This document shows positions 56,601-64,000 of a stretch of DNA of 64,000 bases, in pieces (position 1 is the stretch's first letter; the number at the start of each line of letters is the position of its first letter). Below the pieces are notes generated by a model that was not told the origin of the DNA, made no database searches, and saw only the letters and a list, made by a program, of their open reading frames with translations. This stretch comes from Antedon mediterranea (taxonomy: Eukaryota; Animalia; Echinodermata). Both the position numbers and the translations under genes were made by a program. Where the stretch lies: assembly GCF_964355755.1 (NCBI RefSeq), contig NC_092678.1, forward strand, positions 14,410,371-14,474,370, written 5' to 3'.

Positions 56601-59600
56601 TATTAACAATATTATTATCAAAGTATTGCAATACTATATATCAGTTGTAAGTTTATTCTCAAAGGGCTCATAAATTTACCTACTTGTGTTAAACCAAGGG
56701 CTCGTGCATGCATTTACCTACAAACTGGAAGTCTGAGAGATTGGAATGTTCCATTCATCGCAAATCAATACATCTGTATAAACGTATATCAAATCTATAA
56801 AAATAATATTTTTTTAAGAAAATCGGCCTGTCTTCAACATTATGATGCAGTACTCGAGCTGTTCAACCGATTTTCAGCCATTAAAAACAATTATCGTAGG
56901 AGGAGATAGGAAAATGCGATGCATCCTCGTATTATTGTATGTGGGTATTTTTCAAGATGGACATCCATTAGACAGTGTATACCACGATCGGAAAACACAA
57001 ATATTTGTGGCCAATCGTTGAACCTAAATCCGTTTTAATATTCAATAACTAATTATCGAACTAAATTTAATTAGTAAACAGGGTTACATCAGGTGGTTAA
57101 AATCAATATCGAAAGTACGAACCAGCTTTATATACCATCGAGTAAACATTCTAGAAATAACGCGCGATTTAAAGAATTTTTCCCTTACGTAAATTTATAT
57201 ATAGATACCTCTTTTAACGTACGCATGATCTGCACCGCAAATATATGTTTTCCACTTTATTTTGTATCATATAATTGATTGTGTTATTTAGGCTTACTTT
57301 CTGCAATAATTATTTAGTAGTAATTAAACAAGATCCTACAGTTATTGTGATTGGTATAATAATTATGAAAGTATTAAGTTGACTATGTTTTATGTGGACA
57401 TGCCATTATAAAAGGGTGAATTTAGAATCATGACAGGAATGCAATGAATGAATGAAAGCAATGTTCACATTAACCTGTATGTATAAACTACACGATTATG
57501 ATTTCTTTTATCAGTAAAATTTCAAAATAAGGGAATGCACAGACAATTCATATACGTTCACAACATATATCCAACACCAAAACCTTTTATTTCAATTTCT
57601 TTATGTATTATTTATGATACCTAACAATAATTATTTTCTGCAATAACACGTATGTGTAAACTCTATGATTATACTTTCTTTATAGGACGGAAAAACATCA
57701 CTGCATAAATAATTAGACATTTGAATGATAGTTGTTTAGCGATGTGTTTTCTCAAAAATGTGTAATCAAAATTCTATCAAATTGACTACGTCGTCCATGC
57801 ACCATACATATACACTATACTAATACGAAAATTAAATTTCATTAAATGTTACTTCAAACTTAATTGCAAATACAGTAACAAACAAAACCATTTTTTAACA
57901 TTAATTATAAATACTATAACTTTAATGCGTGAATTAGTTACCTTTGAAGAGACGTAGTTTATTATTGTCTGAGTTATTACCAGATTGAGGGCGCAGTTAT
58001 TTTGTATGGAAGGCAGGCTGCACTCAATTTTAAGTTTATCCCGAGATATTTAGCTTTTAAAACGTATTTACAGATTGTTTACTATGTTTAAATTTAATTT
58101 ATTAATTAAATAGTATATAGTGTAAGGTAATGATAGTTAATTATTATCGCACTTATCATATCTTTATTACTTTTTACTAAGGCAAAAAAGGCGTAAAATG
58201 AGTTTCGTCACGTGATTGATGTAAATACGTCACCAACGGAGATACAAATTGGAGGGATGTTCATTCTATATTAAATTTACGGGGAAATTATGTTTATTTA
58301 TCTCTTTTTTTACCCCATTACAAAATGTAATGTTTTGGTGTGATGTCACTTACAACAAATGGCATCCAAATAATCAATAACTGGAAGAACACGACGCGGA
58401 ATTGTCAACATTATTGTATCTTCCATAACACTCAACATCTCCTTAACACAATACTAATAGATTCTAATAATATTCATGGTATGTGGTACTGATATTTTTT
58501 TACATTTAATAATAAATTTCGTGATAATAATGTTTTTCTCTATAGGACGGAAACACACCGCTGCATGAATACATGTGTTCAAATAAACCTACCTTAGAAG
58601 CAGTAAACTATCTCAGGAAGCAAGGTGCATCAATAACAGCACTAAATAAGGTAATATAGGTCTATAAATAATTTATATCATTACACCTAACGTACGTATG
58701 ATCTTCGCCGCAAACATATCTTATCCACTTTATTTCATACCATATTATATTTGATTGAGTTATTTAGAATTAGTTGCTGCAATAATGAATTAGTAGAAAT
58801 TAAACAAGATCCTACAGTTATAGTGAGATTAGTGTATTGAGAAATGAAATTATTAATTTTTTAAATAAATTTTATGTGGACATGTCATTATAAATTGGTT
58901 GAATTTAGAATCATGACAGAAAGCAATGTTAGCAAATTAGTTTGGTCACGTGATTGATGTAAATGCGTCACCCGCTGAACTACAAATTAGAAGAATGGTC
59001 ATTGTATATTAAATTTACGGCGAAATTATGTTTATTTATCTGTTTTTTACCCCATATTTAAAAATGTAATGTTTTGGTGTGATGTAACTTACAACATTCA
59101 AAAGCAAATACATGTTTTTTGGCTATACTAAAAATAGCTTCACACTTGACTACATCATCTTCGGAATCACTCCAGAATCATCAAATGGAATCAAAAGCAT
59201 ATAACACATCTGACGTGTATGATTAATGAAGTGGGCTGAAATTGTTTAGAACGCGGATGACCTAGATATCTAATATACTTTTATGTTTATAGGAAGGAAA
59301 AACAGCAGTATCCGTTTTAGAAGAAAATACGAAGATAGAAAAAACAAAACAAATCATGATTTTAGAGCATTTTGACAGTAAGTAAAAAATATTATATTAA
59401 AATTGAAGTTGATGTAACTTTAAATAGAAAAGGTTCTCCATATTAGCAATACACATTTACATAAAACCATGAATTCGAAAACCGAAATGATACATGTATG
59501 TTATGCGTATTTTTTAAAATTTATAATTAGAACTGCTAGTTCCTCCAGAAATATTTGCCATGGGTAAAGAGGCTATTAAGATATATAAAGATGAATTGAA

Positions 59601-62600
59601 AGATGGTAAAATTGCAGTTGTAAATTCAAGATGTATGTTTCTTGGGAAGGAAGGTGCTGGTAAGACAAGCTGCGTAAAGTCCATGCTTAGAGAGAGGTAA
59701 CAAAATACAATTGATACAAATATGTGTTAACATAAGCTAATGGTATTAATCAATTATTTCAACGTAAATGTATACGTGTATTATGTTGACTAATGCTTTC
59801 CTCTCTTGAATTTGTATAATATAAAGCTTTTTAAAATTGATTTGTATCAACTAGTTTGATAATTTCAATTTGTTAAACTTGCATGTTGGATGTAATGGAT
59901 TAAAAGTATTTAATAAATTATGTATCAACTTCAACGTACATGTTTACAATAGATTCAACCCCAAAGAACAATCGACGGATGGTATAGTTACAGCCACCGT
60001 GTTTAAAGCAACTGGAGAGAGTAAATGGAAGAAGATTAAAGAGGAAAACGGTAAAGACAATGTGATGAACCGAACTGTAAATGTTTCTGTTGCTTCCTTT
60101 ATTATCCTTATTTATATTTCTTTAACATTGATAAACTCTGAGTCAGAAATAGACACCGCGTTGTGTGAATGCTTAAATGATTGACATCACACAGTAATAG
60201 GCATGATACATGTTAACATTAATTCCGTCTTTCTGATAAACATTAAACAACATCTTTGTATACGATCTTCATTTTTTACCAATTGGTTTATTTATACAGA
60301 TTCTGAGCTTACCAAGAAAATGCGTGAAAATGCATTAGCAGAAAAAGTTGACAAAAAGTTAAAACAGGGTATGTACAGCAAAAATAATGGAAGCTTGTTA
60401 ACATTTGAATGTATTTACTTTTCCTTTATCAATCATGATAATCGAAACTGTAGATTAATGATTGGATATTAAGGAAGAAAACCTAGATGATGGTATAACA
60501 AGGCCAACAGCCATTAAGTCGCGTGCTACAATGCATAGTGATACCGGACCGACAGACAAACAGACCGACAGACAGACAGACCGACAGACAGACGGACCGA
60601 CCGACATAGTGAATTATACTGACCGAAATTACTGAACATGTTTGAAAATGTTGAAATGTTTAAAAACATTTATATTTTTTTAATTTACGCTTGAGTAGCC
60701 TGTCACATTTGACGTGCTCGTATAACGTAATTTCGAGTTGAAAAGTAATTCAAGAAAACAGAAATCGGGCAAAAAGTGTGCGCAACAACATTTAACGCGC
60801 AGTGCGCGCGCAAAAATCTGCGCACTCATGGCAATTTTGTAAACGCTTAAAATTGCCTGAAACGTACTCTTATTTCATCGAAAATAAATTTTGAAAATGT
60901 TAAGCGCGCGTACGCATGCGTTACATGCGCTACGCACGTCATTGTATTGCCATATGATGATTTATGCCCTGAAATTTATGAGTACCAAATTTTATTTAAT
61001 TGTGATTCATGGTTGTTAAAATATGATTACAAACGTGATTTCATTAAATCGTGCGTAGACCGCGTAATTTTTTATGGCGCACCGTGAAAACATAACCACA
61101 TCGATTCCTGGCCATAAGGAATATTCTGTGAAAAATTTACTTAGCTAGATTAAACTGATATCAAGATAAGGTCATAAAGCGATAAAACGCATAGTGATAC
61201 CGGACCGACAGACAGACAGACAGACAGACCGACAGACAGACAGACAGACCGACCGACCGACTTAGTGAACTATAGAGTCGCTTCCACGCGACTAAAAATG
61301 GTGAACTTTAAAGTTCTTTTTAGGATCACCATAAGATAACAAAAAATCACATGATTAATATCAATTTAAAAACATGACATTAAAAAAAGACAAATGAAAA
61401 GTACTGGCAATAGTAAATCATAGGATATTATTAAAAAACAAGGCCAACAGCCATTAAGTCGCGTGCTACAATGCATAGTGATACCGGACCGACAGACAAA
61501 CAGACCGACAGACAGACAGACCGACAGACAGACGGACCGACCGACATAGTGAACTATACTGACCGAAATTACTGAACATGTTTAAAAATGTTGAAATGTT
61601 TCAAAACATTTATATTTTTTTAATTTACACGTGCGTAGCCTGTCACTTTTGACGTGCTCGTATAACGTAATTTCGAGTTGAAAAGTAAGTCAAGAAAACA
61701 GAAATCGGGCAAAAAGAGTGCGCAATAACATTTAACGCGCAGTGCGCGCGCAAAAATCTGCGCACTCATGCCAATTTTGTAAACGCTTAAAATTGCCTGA
61801 AACGTAGGCTACTCTTATTTCATCGAAAATAAATTTTGAAAATTTTAGGCGCGCGTACGCATGCGTTACATGCGCTACGCACGTAATTGTATTGCCATAT
61901 GATGATTTATGCCCTGAAATTTATGAGTACCAAATTTTATTTAATTGTGATTCATGGTTGTTAAGATATGATTACAAACGTGATTTCGTTAAATCATGCG
62001 TAGACCGCGTAATTTGTTATTGCGCACCGTGAAATCATAACCACATCGATTCCTGGCCATAAGGAATATTCTGTGAAAAATTGATTTAGCTAGATTAAAC
62101 TGATATCAAGATAAGGTCATAAAGCGATAAAACGCATAGTGATACCGGACCGACAGACAGACAGACAGACCGACAGACAGACCGACAGACAGACCGACAG
62201 ACAGACAGACAGACAGACCGACCGACCGACATAGTGAACTATAGAGTCGCTTCCACGCGACTAAAAACTTAACAATTATAAAGAGGGTAAAATAGATTCA
62301 CACTGATGATGGGTAATGCTTCTCGAAACATGTATATAGGTGTCTACAACCATCGGTAACATCAGATTGAAACCTTCTGAAACGAGTTGTTTTATTTTCA
62401 TGTTAATACGTCTAACTTCAAGTCAAAATGTTATTTTCGTGAACTTTAAAAATTATTCTATTGATTTGAAATATGATTCCTCCCACAAAATAAAAATTTC
62501 TTATAATTAACATTTAAAGAAAACAAGCATGCCTGAAAACCTGGACAGCGATCAAATGTGTTTTGTTTCCATGTGTTTTTTTTTATCCTACAATAGATAG

Positions 62601-63870
62601 CAATGAAAACCGGAGCCTTTGGAACAAATTCGAAGATTTTATAAGAAGTAAAATAGGAAGTGATGATTTAGAGAGTATTTCAAATGAAATAACTAGCATA
62701 TGGGACTACGCTGGTCAACTGGATTACTATATAACGCATAGGGTATGCTTATCAATATGTTAATTATTAATAAAAGTAGTATTATTAAAGTATGTAAATA
62801 GGATGTACATTGCATTTGACATTATCCCTACAATTAATAGGCAGGCGTGATATCGATATTACCGTTACCGAAATTGTATATCCATACAAACCTATTTTCT
62901 GCCGTAACGTAACCATCCCATTAATATGATTAATTCTTCATTATTATACTATATCGTGGCCAATACAAGCTTAATGACATACTCCGGATAAATTTCCTTT
63001 TCACACCTGATTCATAACACGGGAATGACACTGGTTGCGTGTATTTACACTGCAAAATACCAACCCATGTAAATGTCCTAGATCAATCGAAATATCGCCC
63101 TATCACGCATGAAGAGACACCATAGTAACGGTCTGCTGATAATACCTCCCACAATTTTGTTTTATGGCAATACACACACACATTAAGTCTACTCGGGAAG
63201 AATAATATCTTGAAATAAAAATGAATAACAAATAACAATAAGTTTTAATTATTAAATAAGCGAATAAACAAAATCAATCTTATCCTAATTTTATTTAAAT
63301 TAAATACTATAGTGGGCGAAGATAGTAAACAAACGGGTAAAAATACGCTGAGCGTTTTACACCGCAAACACGGGTTCATCCCGGAAGCGTCCCGGGTTGA
63401 CTTGAGAATGGAGAATGCTCAAAATCATTAAATGCTACATTAATTGTCTGTGTTTTGTTCAGTTTTTCCTTACAAATACAGTGTCGTACTGCGTTGTGTT
63501 TAGTGCGTTGGATAAATTAGACGAACTAGCTAAAAGACGAGATCCAGCATTGGTAAGTTTAATAAGTTAGATTATGCTATTATATTAAAATGTAATATTA
63601 ATAGTTTAATATAAGGTACGTAGGCTATATATAATACACTATAATATCCTTTTAAATCCATTTTACATTTAAAATTAGGGTCCATTAGGAATGACTAATT
63701 TGGACATAATTCTGTTCTGGGTAAGGTCAGTATATGAACATACTGTGGTACAACATGCTTCAGGAAACACCATTTCAATTGATGGCAAAGTGATAAAATC
63801 GCCTCCCATCAGTTTGGTTGCTACTCATATAGACAAATTGCAAGGGAGAACATCAGAAAAGCTGAGAGAG
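26614..63870 (+). CDS. Ankyrin-repeat Roco-family GTPase (ANK array-Roc, COR expected beyond window); multi-exon, 3' incomplete
   Basis: 25 phase-compatible GT-AG coding exons give ~876 aa in the window if all intact ANK exons are included. Roc G1 GKEGAGKTS, G2 STDGI, G3 WDYAGQ, G4 THID and the pre-Roc VPPEIFAMGKEAIKIY motif are present. Confidence 0.88.
26742..26829 (+). CDS. Roco exon 2, N-terminal ankyrin cap (GLQDAFKMNDLQQIKEICQKTPDLLKNKDK)
   Basis: cAG acceptor, GTaaaa donor, phase 2-0; ends ..KDK like an ANK linker. Confidence 0.75.
27896..28000 (+). CDS. ANK exon A1 (FGYTPLHKYLLCANPTTEIVACLIRHGAPETPRTT)
   Basis: 105 nt, phase 0-0, AG/GT, TPLH motif. Confidence 0.85.
28692..28796 (+). 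CDS. ANK exon A2 (TGDTPLHTYLFNANPTTGIVAFLIRNGVAVTSKNK)
   Basis: 105 nt, phase 0-0, AG/GT. Confidence 0.85.
28976..29072 (+). pseudogene. ANK pseudo-exon A3 (8-nt deletion, frameshifting)
   Basis: 97 nt between AG and GT; begins YGDTTLHRYLRYSN then loses frame relative to its siblings. Confidence 0.8.
29744..29848 (+). CDS. ANK exon A4 (NGDTPLHMYLRCANPTTEIVAYLIQHGASVTSQNK)
   Basis: 105 nt, phase 0-0, AG/GT. Confidence 0.85.
31248..31352 (+). CDS. ANK exon A5 (YRDTPLHRYILNANPTIEIVACLIHHGAAVTSQNE)
   Basis: 105 nt, phase 0-0, AG/GT. Confidence 0.85.
32010..32114 (+). CDS. ANK exon A6 (NRDTPLQLYLRCANLKTEIVTCLIQYGTSVTSKNK)
   Basis: 105 nt, phase 0-0, AG/GTagtg (weaker donor). Confidence 0.75.
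32420..32687 (-). mobile_element. Helitron H1 5'-end fragment
   Basis: Matches 19985-20245 (cctaaattcgtttt..agtaaacagggttacatcaggtggttaaaatcagtaccgaa). Confidence 0.75.
32909..33596. mobile_element. PIF/Harbinger-like MITE
   Basis: TIR cgcccgtatt..aaaccggactttagtcgtag / ctacgactaaagtccggttt..tacgggcg; TTA TSD on both sides; the empty site gaatttagaatc is seen in sibling intron copies. Confidence 0.8.
33786..33890 (+). CDS. ANK exon B1 (DGNTPLHEYMRSNGPNLEAIDYFMKQGASVRALNK)
   Basis: 105 nt, phase 0-0, AG/GT. Confidence 0.8.
34725..35030 (-). mobile_element. LINE 3' fragment with (AATTG)n tail
   Basis: caattcaattcaattc tail; the minus frame reads HALFSDFELMPHGRRFRCP..RKRNSFLP, an L2/Rex-like terminus. 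Confidence 0.6.
36156..37443. mobile_element. Tc1/mariner-like non-autonomous element
   Basis: About 140-bp TIRs (ccgggtagcgatattttttacgctcaacgaaactgccagctagccagaatactg...) flanked by TA on both sides. Confidence 0.75.
37829..39032 (-). mobile_element. 5'-truncated L1/Tx1-type LINE with poly(A) tail and 14-bp TSD
   Basis: zf-RVT-like region (FNYKLLNRILATN..CGRCGEVQDEEHMFFTC); T-run at left end; TSD tatctaccttattt at 37815-37828 and 39033-39046. Confidence 0.85.
39456..39560 (+). CDS. ANK exon B2 (DGNTPLHEYMRSNEPTLEVIDYFMKQCASVTVLNK)
   Basis: 105 nt, phase 0-0, AG/GT. Confidence 0.8.
41491..41627. repeat. 24-bp tandem repeat, ~5.5 copies (ctgattgtataaaagttaaaaatt)
   Basis: Direct observation. 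Confidence 0.8.
41950..43930 (-). mobile_element. Degraded non-LTR retrotransposon nested in the Penelope pair
   Basis: Minus ORFs 43124-43360 (IGIQQG..FKIYIN..YLDDIVL) and 42070-42318 resemble the 18270-20660 family. Confidence 0.65.
44814..45430. mobile_element. MITE (PIF/Harbinger-like TIR taccc(c)tttcacaccaaaa) with internal ggtgtgaaa/ccggag repeats
   Basis: Inverted termini; it interrupts the plus Penelope copy at a site that is empty in the minus copy. Confidence 0.75.
46049..46153 (+). CDS. Unique ANK exon C (NRNKPINIYLERDDVKLEILFCLITNGVSPTLTKE)
   Basis: 105 nt, phase 0-0, cAG/GTaatc; divergent ANK repeat. Confidence 0.8.
46399..46509 (+). CDS. Unique ANK exon D (EGSNALHVHLSGRYVKPTLEIVTYLIKLGVTPTLQNK)
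   Basis: 111 nt, phase 0-0, tAG/GTaatg. Confidence 0.85.
46927..47028 (+). pseudogene. ANK pseudo-exon B3 (acceptor AG lost, in-frame TAA)
   Basis: ttatat|GAC instead of tatag|GAC; ..NEHT* stop; 102 nt. Confidence 0.85.
47203..48237 (+). mobile_element. Non-autonomous Helitron, family H2
   Basis: 5'-TCtatatata ... gggtgcgcgagcaaacc-ttCTAG-3', inserted between A and T of the conserved intron motif cttca|tgattataa; no TSD. Confidence 0.85.
48258..48362 (+). CDS. ANK exon B4 (NGNTPLHEYMRSNEPTLEVVDYLTKQGASVKALNK)
   Basis: 105 nt, phase 0-0, AG/GT. Confidence 0.8.
48567..48671 (+). CDS. ANK exon B5 (DGSTPLHEYMRSNEPTLEVIDYITKQGASVTALNK)
   Basis: 105 nt, phase 0-0, aAG/GT. Confidence 0.75.
48721..49915 (+). 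mobile_element. Non-autonomous Helitron H1 (plus orientation)
   Basis: TC...CTAG termini inserted exactly at gcacagacaa|ttgatataattcgg, the empty site in sibling introns. Confidence 0.88.
50063..50167 (+). CDS. ANK exon B6 (DGNTLLHEYMRSIESTLEVVDYLVKQGASVTALNK)
   Basis: 105 nt, phase 0-0, aAG/GT. Confidence 0.7.
50364..50468 (+). CDS. ANK exon B7 (DGNTPLHEYMRSNEPTLEVLDYFMNQGASVTALNK)
   Basis: 105 nt, phase 0-0, aAG/GT; visible in ORF 50226-50483. Confidence 0.75.
50612..52758. mobile_element. Non-autonomous DNA transposon with CAC/GTG termini and 4-bp TSD (Chapaev/CMC-like)
   Basis: Ends cacattca..gacaaaaagt / actttttgtc..tgagtgtg; TSD agca at 50608-50611 and 52759-52762; the empty site tatattgagcaatg occurs in a sibling intron. 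Confidence 0.7.
53082..53186 (+). CDS. ANK exon B8 (DGNTPMHEYMRSNEPTLGIVNYLTKQGASVTSLNK)
   Basis: 105 nt, phase 0-0, AG/GT. Confidence 0.8.
53612..54450 (-). mobile_element. CR1/L2-type LINE 3' fragment
   Basis: Minus frame LYRVLIIPILEYAIPTW..IDKIESVQRRVTRL; it interrupts the conserved B-intron motif. Confidence 0.8.
54531..54635 (+). CDS. ANK exon B9 (DGNTPLHEYMRSSEPTLEVVVYLTKQGASVTALNK)
   Basis: 105 nt, phase 0-0, AG/GT. Confidence 0.8.
54667..57205 (-). mobile_element. Head-to-tail tandem pair of Helitron H1 (54667-55860 and 55862-57205)
   Basis: Two hairpin-CTAG ends (54667, 55862), intact TC end at 57205, A|T insertion site. Confidence 0.88.
57686..57712 (+). pseudogene. Truncated ANK pseudo-exon B10 (DGKTSLHK*)
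   Basis: Conserved upstream intron and tatAG acceptor retained; TAA after 8 codons, then unrelated sequence. Confidence 0.8.
58546..58650 (+). CDS. ANK exon B11 (DGNTPLHEYMCSNKPTLEAVNYLRKQGASITALNK)
   Basis: 105 nt, phase 0-0, AG/GT. Confidence 0.8.
59293..59377 (+). CDS. C-terminal ANK cap exon (EGKTAVSVLEENTKIEKTKQIMILEHFD)
   Basis: tAG/GTaagt, phase 0-1. Confidence 0.85.
59531..59696 (+). CDS. Roc exon with P-loop (LLVPPEIFAMGKEAIKIYKDELKDGKIAVVNSRCMFLGKEGAGKTSCVKSMLRER)
   Basis: Phase 1-2; GxxxxGKT/S Walker A preceded by the Roco-typical PPEI..G...I..Y helix. Confidence 0.92.
59953..60050 (+). CDS. Roc exon with switch I (FNPKEQSTDGIV..KWKK)
   Basis: Phase 2-1; STxGI motif. Confidence 0.9.
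60300..60368 (+). CDS. Roc insertion exon (DSELTKKMRENALAEKVDKKLKQ)
   Basis: cAG/GTatgt, phase 1-1. Confidence 0.8.
60497..61298. mobile_element. Helentron-associated (HINE/DINE-1-like) non-autonomous element, copy 1
   Basis: aacaaggcc start, two (GACA/GACC)n microsatellites, terminal hairpin agtcgc-ttccac-gcgact plus A-run; near-identical to copy 2. Confidence 0.7.
61437..62267. mobile_element. Helentron-associated (HINE/DINE-1-like) element, copy 2
   Basis: Same structure and sequence as 60497-61298, with different flanks about 140 bp away. Confidence 0.7.
62597..62742 (+). CDS. Roc exon with G3 (..ITSIWDYAGQLDYYITHR)
   Basis: Phase 1-0; WDxAGQ..YY.TH Roco signature. Confidence 0.92.
63463..63552 (+). 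CDS. Roc exon (FFLTNTVSYCVVFSALDKLDELAKRRDPAL)
   Basis: cAG/GTaagt, phase 0-0; completes the THxFFL motif. Confidence 0.9.
63679..63870 (+). CDS. Roc exon with G4 (GPLGMTNLDIILFWVRSV..SPPISLVATHIDKL)
   Basis: Phase 0-0; FW..S and PPxxLVxTHxD Roco motifs. Confidence 0.92.
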
Positions 63871-64000
63871 GTAATAGCCACAATAAAATAGACAGATAGA
63901 TTTAGGAATATATATTGATTATTTCTGTCTATTCGATTATAACAGTGTTTTATTGAAGTAGCAGTTAATGTAAATACATAATTAATATACAGGTAATATA

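Noticed and set aside
27896-58650. Regularly recurring conserved repeats resembling a CRISPR or satellite array
   Set aside because: The units are 105-nt spliceosomal exons with AG/GT boundaries encoding ankyrin repeats, separated by long variable introns; there are no cas genes and the DNA is eukaryotic.
62340-62355. Possible extra Roc micro-exon (tatag|GTGTCTACAACCATCG|gtaac)
   Set aside because: 16 nt would break the frame between two already phase-compatible exons; weak polypyrimidine tract.
26614-63870. Naming the gene LRRK1/2, DAPK1 or MFHAS1
   Set aside because: No kinase or LRR exons are visible and the C-terminus lies outside the window; it looks like a lineage-specific Roco, so no symbol is assigned.

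Overview
AT-rich eukaryotic (animal, probably marine invertebrate) genomic DNA, dense in nested transposable elements. It has no prokaryotic features. Two spliced host genes lie on the + strand. Gene 1 is represented only by its 3' end: a 30-nt micro-exon (1167-1196) spliced in frame to a terminal exon (8304-8839) encoding a tandem death-effector-domain-like (DED-DED) module. Gene 2, largely missed by the ORF track, is a Roco-family GTPase gene starting at ATG 26614 and running off the right edge; Roc motifs GKEGAGKTS, STDGI, WDYAGQ and THID are all present. Its N-terminus is built from an array of symmetric phase-0 exons, each encoding one ankyrin repeat: 16 intact (15 x 105 nt, 1 x 111 nt) plus 3 pseudo-exons. 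The exons were amplified together with their flanking intron DNA in two families. Family A is hypervariable at predicted ligand-contact positions; family B is near-homogeneous. This looks like an exon-cassette diversification system for an ANK-Roco receptor (inference). Introns and intergenic DNA hold an Academ-type transposon remnant, CR1/L2- and L1/Tx1-type LINE relics, Penelope elements with hammerhead cores, non-autonomous Helitrons, Helentron-type elements, several MITEs and a tRNA-derived SINE. All coordinates were read by eye; no database searches were run.
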